Assembly (NCBI GenBank): GCA_040285855.1
Contig: JAUFOQ010000010.1
Span: forward strand, 682,001-746,000
Length of the DNA stretch: 64,000 nt
Source: Eukaryota sp. GEM-RC1
Lineage: Eukaryota
Reading direction: 5' to 3'
A model generated the notes under the pieces. That model was not told the origin of the DNA, ran no database searches, and was given only the letters and a program-made list of their open reading frames with translations. This document shows, in pieces, positions 26,088 to 37,184 of the stretch (position 1 is the stretch's first letter; the number at the start of each line of letters is the position of its first letter). A program made the position numbers and the translations under genes.

Positions 26088-26923
26088 TTAGAAACGAATT
26101 CTATTCTTGTACAGTGATTTTAATGATTGTTTTGTTGGACTTTTAATTGAGTTGAAACATAGATCGATCGTAGAAACTGAAGAATTCACCTTCAAGGCTT
26201 CAGCAATTGCAATAGCTTCTTCATTACCAATTGAGTTGTCACCTAGATAAATCGAAGAAACAGACGAATTCACCTTCAAAGCTTCAGCAATTGCAATAGC
26301 GCCTTCATTACCAATTGAGTTGTTACCTAGATTGATCGTAGAAACAGACGAATTCACCTTCAAAGCTTCAGCAATTGCAATAGCGCCTTCATTACCAATT
26401 GAGTTGTTATATAGATAAATCGTAGAAACAGAAGAATTCACCTTCAAAGCTTCAGCAATTGCAATAGCGCCTTCAGAACCAATTGAGTTGCTAAATAGAT
26501 CGATCGTAGAAACAGAAGAATTCACCTTCAAAGCTTAAGCAATTGCAATAGCACCTTCAGGACCAATTGAGTTGCTACGTAGATCGATCTGAGAAACTGA
26601 AGAATTCACCTTCAAAGCTTCAGCAATTGCAATAGCACCTTCAGGACCAATTGAGTTGTTATATAGATAAATCGTAGAAACTGAAGAATTCACCTTCAAA
26701 GCTTCAGCAATTGCAATAGCGCCTTCAGGACCAATTGAGTTGCTACGTAGATCGATCTGAGAAACTGAAGAATTCACCTTTAAAGCTTCAGCAATTGCAA
26801 TAGTGCCTTCAGGACCAATTGAGTTGTTACCTAGACCAATCGTAGAAACAAACGAATTCACCTTCAAAGCTTCAGCAATTGCAATAGCGCCTTCAGGACC
26901 AGTTGAGTTGTAATGTAGATAGA
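26088..26923 (-). pseudogene. LRR cassette 7 (9 modules + variant cap; TAA at 26535-26537)
   Basis: Shares the stop and 3' modules with cassette 6. Confidence 0.85.
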
Positions 26924-27505
26924 AATCGGAAATTCTAGCCGGTTCATAGAATCCATATCCCGTAAAGAGAAGCTTAGATAATGTTAGATAATAAACTCAA
27001 TTTAAGATAAACAAAAACCTACTTTGTATGTTAAGACAATTGTGTGACAAGATTTCCAATTAAATTACAGATCACTAAAACAGAATCTAACGAATAACCT
27101 AATTTTGACCAATATTCAATAAATTACCATGACTAAAATATCTATGGAACACATACAAAAGGATACTGTACATCTTATAAATCACTAAGAATAATCAAAG
27201 CATCACTCAACTCATGGACAATTAAGCTGTTTTTTGAGAAAAAATACAACCGTGTTAACAGCGAGACAATGTGTCGGTGATTCGAAATATTTCGAAACAT
27301 ATAGTATAATGTTACATCATTTCCAGATACCAATTAATACGTGGTGTTGTTGAAAACAATAGCAAATGAACTTTTCGATATGACGAGTCTTAATTATCGG
27401 GTAAAACTGAAAATCAATCTGTGTATGTTCGACTGCTAAACTGCTTTGATATTTGTTCATGTGTGACTTATAATGGGGTGATCTTTATATCAGAGGAAAA
27501 TATCT

Positions 27506-27921
27506 TTAGAAACGAATTCTATTCTTATGCAGTGATTTTAATGACTGTTGTGTTTGACTGTTAATTGAGTTGCTACGTAGATCGATCTGAGAAACTGAAG
27601 AATTCACCTTTAAAGCTTCAGCAATTGCCATAGTGCCTTCAGGACCAATTGAGTTGCTATGTAGATAAATCGTAGAAACAGACGAATTTACCTTCAAAGC
27701 TTCGACAATTGCAATAGCGCCTTCATTATCAATTGAGTTGTTACATAGATCGATCGTAGAAACAGACGAATTTACCTTCAAAGCTTCAGCAATTGCAATA
27801 GCGCCTTCAGGACCAATTGAGTTGTTATGTAGATAGATCGTAGAAACAAACGAATTCACCTTCAAAGCTTCAGCAATTGCAATAGCGCCTTCAGGACCAG
27901 TTGAGTTGTAATGTAGATAGA
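27506..27921 (-). pseudogene. LRR cassette 8 (4 modules + cap)
   Basis: Open reading frame; no N-terminal start (one internal Met only). Confidence 0.85.
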
Positions 27922-28503
27922 AATCGGAAATTCTAGCCGGTTCATAGAAACCATATCCCGTAAAGAGAAGCTTAGATAATGTTAGATAATAAACTCAATT
28001 TAAGATAAACAAAAACCTACTTTGTATGTTAAGACAATTGTGTGACAAGATTTCCAATTAAATTACAGATCACTAAAACAGAATCTAACGAATAACCTAA
28101 TTTTGACCAATATTCAATAAATTACCATGACTAAAATATCTATGGAACACATACAAAAGGATACTGTACATCTTATAAATCACTAAGAATAATCAAAGCA
28201 TCACTCAACTCATGGACAATTAAGCTGTTTTTTGAGAAAAAATACAACCGTGTTAACAGCGAGACAATGTGTCGGTGATTCGAAATATTTCGAAACATAT
28301 AGTATAATGTTACATCATTTCCAGATACCAATTAATACGTGGTGTTGTTGAAAACAATAGCAAATGAACTTTTCGATATGACGAGTCTTAATTATCGGGT
28401 AAAACTGAAAATCAATCTGTGTATGTTCGACTGCTAAACTGCTTTGATATTTGTTCATGTGTGACTTATAATGGGGTGATCTTTATATCAGAGGAAAATA
28501 TCT

Positions 28504-29339
28504 TTAGAAACGAATTCTATTCTTATGCAGTGATTTTAACGACTGTTGTGTTTGACTGTTAATTGAGTTGTTACGTAGATCGATCTGAGAAACTGAAGAA
28601 TTCACCTTCAAAGCTTCAGCAATTGCAATAGCACCTTCAGGACCAATTGAGTTGTAATGTAGATAGATCGTAGAAACAAACGAATTCACCTTCAAAGCTT
28701 CAGCAATTGCAATAGCGCCTTCAGGACCAGTTGAGTTGTAATGTAGATAGATCGTAGAAACAAACGAATTCACCTTCAAAGCTTCAGCAATTGCAATAGC
28801 GCCTTCAGGACCAATTGAGTTGTTACATAGATCGATTCTAGAAAGTGAAGAATTCACCTTCAAAGCTTCAGCAATTGCAATAGCGCCTTCAGGACCAATT
28901 GAGTTGTTATATAGATCGATTCTAGAAAGTGAAGAATTCACCTTCAAAGCTTCAGCAATTGCAATAGCGCCTTCAGGACCAGTTGAGTTGTAATGTAGAT
29001 AGATCGTAGAAACAAACGAATTCACCTTCAAAGCTTCAGCAATTGCAATAGCGCCTTCAGGACCAATTGAGTTGTTACATAGATAGATCGTAGAAAGTGA
29101 AGAATTCACCTTCAAAGCTTCAGCAATTGCAATAGCGCCTTCATTACCAATTGAGTTCTTACGTAGATCGATCTGAGAAACTGAAGAATTCACCTTCAAA
29201 GCTTCAGCAATTGCAATAGCGCCTTCAGGACCAATTGAGTTGTTATGTAGATAGATCGTAGAAACAAACGAATTCACCTTCAAAGCTTCAGCAATTGCAA
29301 TAGCGCCTTCAGGACCAGTTGAGTTGTAATGTAGATAGA
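28504..29339 (-). pseudogene. LRR cassette 9 (9 modules + cap, open frame)
   Basis: Largely collinear with the LRR region of the gene, with module substitutions. Confidence 0.85.
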
Positions 29340-29921
29340 AATCGGAAATTCTAGCCGGTTCATAGAAACCATATCCCGTAAAGAGAAGCTTAGATAATGT
29401 TAGATAATAAACTCAATTTAAGATAAACAAAAACCTACTTTGTATGTTAAGACAATTGTGTGACAAGATTTCCAATTAAATTACAGATCACTAAAACAGA
29501 ATCTAACGAATAACCTAATTTTGACCAATATTCAATAAATTACCATGACTAAAATATCTATGGAACACATACAAAAGGATACTGTACATCTTATAAATCA
29601 CTAAGAATAATCAAAGCATCACTCAACTCATGGACAATTAAGCTGTTTTTTGAGAAAAAATACAACCGTGTTAACAGCGAGACAATGTGTCGGTGATTCG
29701 AAATATTTCGAAACATATAGTATAATGTTACATCATTTCCAGATACCAATTAATACGTGGTGTTGTTGAAAACAATAGCAAATGAACTTTTCGATATGAC
29801 GAGTCTTAATTATCGGGTAAAACTGAAAATCAATCTGTGTATGTTCGACTGCTAAACTGCTTTGATATTTGTTCATGTGTGACTTATAATGGGGTGATCT
29901 TTATATCAGAGGAAAATATCT

Positions 29922-31779
29922 TTAGAAACGAATTCTATTCTTATGCAGTGATTTTAACGACTGTTGTGTTTGACTGTTAATTGAGTTGTTACGTAGATCG
30001 ATCTGAGAAACTGAAGAATTCACCTTCAAAGCTTCAGCAATTGCAATAGCACCTTCAGGACCAATTGAGTTGTAATGTAGATAGATCGTAGAAACAAACG
30101 AATTCACCTTCAAAGCTTCAGCAATTGCAATAGCGCCTTCAGGACCAGTTGAGTTGTAATGTAGATAGATCGTAGAAACAAACGAATTCACCTTCAAAGC
30201 TTCAGCAATTGCAATAGCGCCTTCAGGACCAATTGAGTTGTCACATAGATCGATTCTAGAAAGTGAAGAATTCACCTTCAAAGCTTCAGCAATTGCAATA
30301 GCGCCTTCAGGACCAATTGAGTTGTTATATAGATCGATTCTAGAAAGTGAAGAATTCACCTTCAAAGCTTCAGCAATTGCAATAGCGCCTTCAGGACCAA
30401 TTGAGTTGCTATGTAGATAAATCGTAGAAACAGACGAATTTACCTTCAAAGCTTCAGCAATTGCAATAGCGCCTTCATTACCAATTGAGTTGTTACATAG
30501 ATAGATCGTAGAAAGTGAAGAATTCACCTTCAAAGCTTCAGCAATTGCAATAGCGCCTTCATTACCAATTGAGTTCTTACGTAGATCGATCTGAGAAACA
30601 GAAGAATTCACCTTCAAAGCTTCAGCAATTGCAATAGCGCCTTCAGAACCAATTGAGTTGCTAAATAGATCGATCGTAGAAACCTCATTTCTCACCATCT
30701 CATCATAAAAACTCTTCAACTTAGAGCTAAGCTTGCTCCAATCAATAACAAGTTTCTTCTCTTCAACTTGTTGTACAGGGCAGACACTTTCAATACACTT
30801 GATTGGTAAAGGAGGGTCTTCTAAAAGCCTATCAGAAGCAACGCTAGACTCCGAATCAACAGAAAGAGAGGTCAAACGACGAGAAGCATCGGAGTGGATG
30901 GAGAACAGTTCTTCATTTAAATAGGAGATGATATCAGATTGGTTGTTGAGAAGGGTTGAAGTGGTGGTAGTGAATTTTTCGCTGATCTTTGGCTTAAACA
31001 CGACAGGTTTCCCAGATTGTAAGTTATTCATAATGGTAGCAGAATCTAACATAGTTTCTTGCAAAATGACAGTCAGACTTTCTTTGAGTTGGACAAAACC
31101 ATTTGTTGCTTGCTGGATGGCAGCTTCAGCTGACTGTGATATTTTTCAATGGCTAACGACAACTCTTGATTAATGGAGTTAATATTCTTTTCAATGGAGG
31201 TTCGACCTTCATTGAAGGGAAGCAACTTCTTTTGTGTTGGTCATGGTCACCAAGGAAAGCACACGTGGAACAAAGGGCAACGGAGCAGAAGGTGCAGAAC
31301 AACTCTAACGACTTCATACTGTGGCTGGGGCACTTGGGAACAAGGTAGGCATGCTTCTTATTTAGGGGGACAGCAACATGAGATCGTAGCACCTTAGGGC
31401 GATGAGCAGGGTTAAAACAGTCGTCACAGAAATCAGTGTCACATTCTGCGCAATAACAAGTGGCAGCAGCTTCATCACACTCAAAACAAATAGTCTCACC
31501 CTGACCAGCAACGAAGGCTTCAACAGCTTCTTTCAACTTGTAGTTAGGACACAGCCTTGACTTGTCCACTTCAGCTCGACAGATCGGACATCCGTTATGA
31601 GAAACAAGCCACTCCTGCAAGTCCGACATACAAAAGGTGTGGCCACACCAAGTAGTTACCGGATTCTTGAGAATTTCGTGACAAATATCACAGAGATAGT
31701 GAGACATTTGAGGAAGAAAATAGTCCGCAGTCGAAGAGTTCATTCTGGAAAACTCCGACATCATTTTGTCGCACGACAT
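29922..31779 (-). CDS. TRIM-like E3 ligase (RING, B-box, B-box, coiled coil) fused to 8 RI-like LRRs + cap; ~619 aa after restoring two 1-bp homopolymer deletions
   Basis: RING CDIC..CGHTFC..CPIC; B-boxes CFECD..CAEC..CDDC..H..H and CPSH..CTFC..CSTC..H..H. Adding one base to each T runs at 31230-31233 and 31142-31146 joins ORFs 31153-31779 and 29922-31064 through a helical segment (HKKKLLPFNEGRTSIEKNINSINQELSLAIEKISQSAEAAIQQ). Confidence 0.85.
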
Positions 31780-32585
31780 TTTTTTCCCTTCTCGGGTTCT
31801 TTTTCAACCTCTTCCAACAGTTACAGTACCATATATAAGCCAGGATCGATACCTTATCTTTGCAACAATCACACACATCCAATCTAGCTTAACCGGGATC
31901 ATTGGTTTTTATTTTTGACTTTCAGAAAGAGCAGATAACAGAGAGTATTGTTTCTTAGGCAGCAAAAGAAACAAGGGGTAAACTTAAGACATGAGCTTCC
32001 CCTTTTTCATCACCAATCGTCTGCTCTTTTCGTTGTCATCTTGGGAATACGATTTTAGGTGTGTCTGTACTTCTTGAATATATTACCCTATCTTTTCATA
32101 TCCCTCTTGTAGATTCTCTTCTTTAAGAACACTCTTCTCTAGCAATGTTAATGCTGCTATTGTCGTCTCAATGCTTTGAAGGGGTTCTTCTCTTCACATA
32201 TTCAATTCTGCGTACTAACTCAGAAGAAGTTCTCTGTGATTTGTTTCTTTGAGTATCTGAAACTTTCTCCTTTCCTATATTGGTAGTTTCAGGTCCGTCC
32301 TTGACCTTTCTCGCTCTTATATCGCCCTCCCCGTTAGTTCTGGAAGCAAAGTTAGGTCTGAAGCAAAGTTTGAGGTACCTTTAAATCTCTACTAAATCCT
32401 ATCCAAAAACCCATGTTTCTCTTATCGCCTCTGCACCAAGCCTGGGTCGGTTACAATCTTTGATTTCGCTCCTTGGGTTACTTTACCTTGGGTTATACCA
32501 AACAAGGTAAATATAACAAAACAACCGAAAACGGTGGCATCAAACTGTTGATGGTGTCAATACGACAACACCAAAGTTTTTCGTT

Positions 32586-34112
32586 TTGTACAAGTCTGTG
32601 TTACCGAAACCAGCCTGGGTACGAGAAATACTACTTACCGAGATTCAAAACAAGTTTCCAGATTTTGATTCCCATGATCCATTCCTCACCAAGACAGTCA
32701 ATTTCCTAGAGTTAATTTTCCGTGGGTGGTTCTTTTCCATTGGAATCTTTGTCAATCGTTTGCGTTCTTCCACTGAATCCAAGTGTTCTGATGCCATTGT
32801 GGACATTCTTGCTGAAATGGACTGTCTTGCTCGGATGAAGGTATTCCCCGAGTCTGTTAAAAGGATACAAAACCTCGAGATTGCCGCTATTTGTGTCGCG
32901 TCATCAATTCTTGGCTCAGGTGTGTCCAAACTTCAATCAGCAGAGTTTGTTCATCGACGATCTGCTAGAATTAATTCCATTGTTTCTGATGAAGATCTCG
33001 TTGATCATCCACCATCAACATCTGGGTAGATTGAGTGGGGATCTCGAGGTCGTTTTTCTTTTAATATTGAATTACAACAATCTCTCTTGTCAGCATATGC
33101 TGTCTCCTATTCTGTGTGTAGCCTTCCACCATCTGAAAGAATGAATGTTTTTAAAACTCTTTCTGCAATAATCGTGGGACCCTCGTTTCATGGCCGCTTG
33201 GACATGAAACATATTAGTCCCATTTTGAATGAAATCTTTACAGTTTTCAATTTCATTCACCACTCTTTTGAAGTGGTTTGCAAGAAGACGTCTTCAATTT
33301 CTTCCTTTCTTTACAGGGTGTGTGTTGGTGAAATTGATTTTAAAGAGACTGACGTTTCCGGCTATAAGTTGCCTAATGATGAGAATCAGAAACTATTTGA
33401 AACTGTGTTTCATTGTAATGATCTCGAATGTTCGGTACATCATTACGAAACCCAATACCCTAAGTTTTTATTTCCTTGTTTTCCTCTTCGAAACGGCTCT
33501 TTCGATTTTTGCGATACAGATGCTGTTGGTATTTGCAACAACTTAGAATACGATTATGTTCTAAATCATGATTCTTTCTCCCAATCTCTTTCGACTGTTG
33601 GTGATCAGTCTACTACCAACATCAGTATAAGTCAATTGGGTGTCGCTATTCTGCCAATAGACCCGGACTCTCGTTTTGATTTGTTTGTTCCTTCTACTTC
33701 GTTCAATTGTTATGTTCCTGTTGAAGTTCATACTCGGGAAGACCCCAGTTATGCAGATATCTACAGCAAGTTTGATTCTCTTGAGAAAGCTTCACATCAT
33801 TTATATAGAGATGAAGCTGGTGGAAAATGTATGATTATTGTCAACTACGTACCCCGAATCTATGAACAGTCAACAATTGCACGACCAAGAACTAACGATT
33901 TTGTACTACAGTTGAATGGAGAATCACTTTATGCGCCCACAATTGCTGGTCAACTTGACATTCCGATTGATAGAGGTGCTTCTTTTAGACTTTCTCCGTC
34001 TCCTGACTCTCATTATGTTTCTTCTTCCGAACGTGAGACACCCAGACGTTTACGGCTCTCTACGGATGCTGATGTTAAAAGGGAAAAGAGAATTGAAGAG
34101 ACTTTTCAGTAG
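32586..34112 (+). CDS. Hypothetical protein(s), possibly one disrupted gene
   Basis: Adjacent 147-aa and 341-aa ORFs with coding-like composition; weak FDLFV..VEVH nuclease-like motif. Confidence 0.4.
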
Positions 34113-35044
34113 CTATAGATTGTATAATTGGACTCTTTTCTCTCACAAATCTTTTTAGTCGACGTTATTCAATAAACCAGTGTATCTGCAATACCAGTTA
34201 CTAAGCAGTTTCTTAAAGAAAAATCCACTGGAGACATTCTAATGCTTTACGATTTTCCTAAGAGGTTTGTGTGAAAACAAAAGAAATCAAAATCAAATTT
34301 ATGATTCACTTGCAAATCGATAAACTACATCAAACCGGAGAATTTTACTTACAGTATTAGTCATACCTACGAAAAACATCATCTCAAGAATGGCTCAGCC
34401 ACTAGTCTGGATCCAATTTGGTATAGATGAAATTGGTTATATGACATCAACACAAAGATTGTGTCAACATCAACACTTTCGTCTTGTCGATAGTTGACAA
34501 TAATTATGCTGTTGACACTTTGAACTAAACATTTTGTTTGCCAGAACTTGCTGTAAAGGCACTTTGAAAGTATAAAGAAGACTTTAAGTTGTTGACAGAG
34601 TGTACGGAGTATTAAGTTACTAATACAGATAATAGTTGACCATGAAGACAGCAAGAGCCTACATTTCCATTTAAAATGCATGGCTCGAGTTAAAATGCCA
34701 AAACGTTGCAGCAATGACAACCTGCATGTTCAATAACTTTCATTAAAGTTTTTTCGTATTATTTATACAACTTTCTATAAGACAACATAAGCTTACTACA
34801 AAAATTGTGGAAATAGGAATGTCAGAATAACCAATGGTTCTGGTTAAACCAATGGATTGGATTGGTTTGGTCTGGTTTGGTTCTAAAATCCGGAATCATC
34901 ATGGTTTTGGTCCTGGTTTTGGTTCCAACTGTCAAAACCAGAATCAAACCAGAATTATGATGACTTCAGAATATATGTTACTTACATGACATCCCAAAAG
35001 TAACTAAGAACAAAAGTGTTTGAAACCTCATTTTTACTAATATA

Positions 35045-36211
35045 CTGTCAGGCACCAATTAGTGACCCACCTCCTAATAGTGCCCCCCTCCTAATAGTGA
35101 CCCACTTTAGGGGTGGGGCTATAATTTAGTGCCCCAGTGTTGATCAAGATCACACAAATGGGTGATAAAAACAGTCTTATGTCAATAAAAAGAATATACG
35201 ATTAGATTCAGATTTAATAGTGGTATTTGGAACTGTGATGAAACTGCCATATTTTGTGAACCAAATGAATCAAGAACAATTGATTTTATTGACCAAAAGA
35301 TTGTTGTTGTTAAGTCTGCAGGTCTCGCAAAGGTACGTTTGACCGGAATCGTTATGGCTAACGCTCTAGGAGTGAAAAAACTCCTGCCATTATAGCACAA
35401 AGATCAGGAAACAGAACCAATAGAGAAGAAGGCTGCTTTATCTTGAAAAGAGAATCATCTTTGATGAATGGAGATTTATTCATCAAATATCTGCAGTTAA
35501 TGTTTCCATTGACCAGTAAGGCTGCTGCCAACAGAATGCTATTGGTATTTGATTCAGCTCCTGCCCATCGAAGTAAGAAGGTCAAGGCTTATCTCAAGGA
35601 AAGGGGGTTCAACTATGTTTTGACTCTCGGTGGTTTAACTGGATTATTACAGCCAGCAGACGTCAGTTGGTTCAAACCTATGAAAGCAACTATCAGGAAT
35701 TGTATTGAAGAATGGTTGGAGACTGCACCTGTAACGACCTCCAATCGAGTTAGAGCACCTTTGGCTAACGATATGGCAAAATGGATGAAAGAGTCGTTGG
35801 ACAAGTTAAAGAGTGAAGTAATATCAAAATCTTTTCAAGTGTCTTTTCTAGGGCCTTCGCAGACCTTATTGATTTCTCGCCATCCATCAATCCGTCCTCA
35901 CTTAGATATCAATAGTTTCGATGCATTATTACCATATTCATCAAGTGATGAGGAGGAAGTAATCGATTTGGATTCATCGTCTGATGATGACATCGATGAC
36001 CTTCTTCAACTCAACAATTCATTGAATTTGGGGATGGATAATGATGTTGTTGCAGTCTTTGACTAGAGTTATATTGAAATATAAAGTTGTTTTATGGGTC
36101 ATTTATGAACAAAGACAAAAGAATCCTAATAGTGACCCCCTCCTAATAGTGACCCAGTTTGGGGGTGGGGCTATAATTTAGTGACCCGGGGTACTATTTG
36201 GCGCCTGACAG
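35045..36211 (+). mobile_element. Internally deleted pogo/Tigger DNA transposon with DDE_1 transposase remnant
   Basis: 19-bp TIRs (CTGTCAGGCACCAATTAGT, 2 mismatches), TA TSD, subterminal CCTAATAGTGACCC repeats. Motifs WNCDET, LVFDSAPAH and LQPADVSWFKPMK; no HTH; frameshift near 35385. Confidence 0.9.
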
Positions 36212-37184
36212 TATGTATACTAAAGTAGTTATTTACGCTTTCACAATAGCTCAGCTATCATCTATTGTTATTTTGGAGAAAAGATCGCAGAGTCATCAAG
36301 GCATATACACTGTCATAGCTTAATCGATTACGTAATTTTGTGACAGTACATCCAGCAAAAAAAAATACTTGGTTCTAAGAAGAAGTTGTGGCTTGAATTG
36401 CAAGAAAGTGCCTTGCAATTTTGGAAAGTCCACTCAAAAGCATTTCTAGATGAGCACCGCCACTTCAATGAATCTTTGTCTGGTCCGATTATTTTTCCGC
36501 AAGATATTTAGTAATTTTGGTAGATTTTAATTGTTAATTTTAGGGAGACATCTTGCCTTTCGACAAAACCAATTTTCGAGAAGTAGTTCCACTCGATATA
36601 CTTCGTTGGAGAAATAGGGCGAGTTTCAGGTTGGGGTTCAGGTTGGGGTCAGCTTCAGGTTGAGATTGAGGTTCCTCTCCCAAAAGATATTGTATATCAG
36701 AAATGTAAGAAAAATGTGTATTATATGATTCCAGGTAAACAAAAAACAATTGATAAAAATAAATAGAACCATATGGTTCGTGGTTCTGGTTTGGTTCAGA
36801 CGTCTATGGTACTGGTTTGGTGTGATTTAGACGTTTGTGGTTCTGGGTTGGTTTGGTTCAAATTTTGAGAACGAAAACCAAACCAAACCAATCCATTACA
36901 ATCCCAAATTTCCACAGTGTTAATTTGGATAGAAAACGGATGAAACTCAAATGGATGGTGTCGACGAGAATTCAAATTTACAATTAGAACAATCATGAAC
37001 TAAATGTGATCCTTTCAGCAGTTTCCAGAGTTAAGATTATTTCATTTGATCCAATTCCTTTCGTTAATTACTGTAATGTGTTAGCCACAGGTGTTAGTGA
37101 AGTGTTACTAGTACGTATAATTTGATTTATAAACACCCTTTACCTTCCCCTTTGCACCTTTAGGTATTAATAATTATTATCCTC

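Larger units (their letters stand above)
19411..30684 (-). repeat. Tandem array of 10 LRR units (9 headless cassettes + the LRR end of the TRIM-like gene), built from 59 84-bp modules and ~580-bp spacers
   Basis: Stop codons at 19682, 20848, 21593, 22336, 24090, 24921, 26088, 27506, 28504 and 29922; module counts 6, 1, 1, 13, 2, 6, 9, 4, 9, 8; spacers 579-583 bp. Confidence 0.95.

Noticed and set aside
19682..29339. Nine independent small LRR genes, as suggested by the ORF track
   Set aside because: The listed starts are TTG/GTG codons inside or just before modules; there is no in-frame ATG before an upstream TGA.
19682..30684. CRISPR-like constant repeat with variable spacer
   Set aside because: The period is exactly 84 bp and in frame, the variable parts are homologous LRR codons, and there are no cas genes in this eukaryotic context.
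19682..30684. Diversity-generating retroelement (variable codons look like NNT/NNC derived from AAY)
   Set aside because: Many adenines in the module, including the conserved Asn AAC, are invariant. No template repeat or DGR-type RT is present; the RTs here are LTR and non-LTR types.
34805..36917. Element defined by TGGTT/AACCA arrays surrounding the pogo transposon
   Set aside because: The arrays look like subterminal repeats, but I could not define matching TIRs and a TSD.
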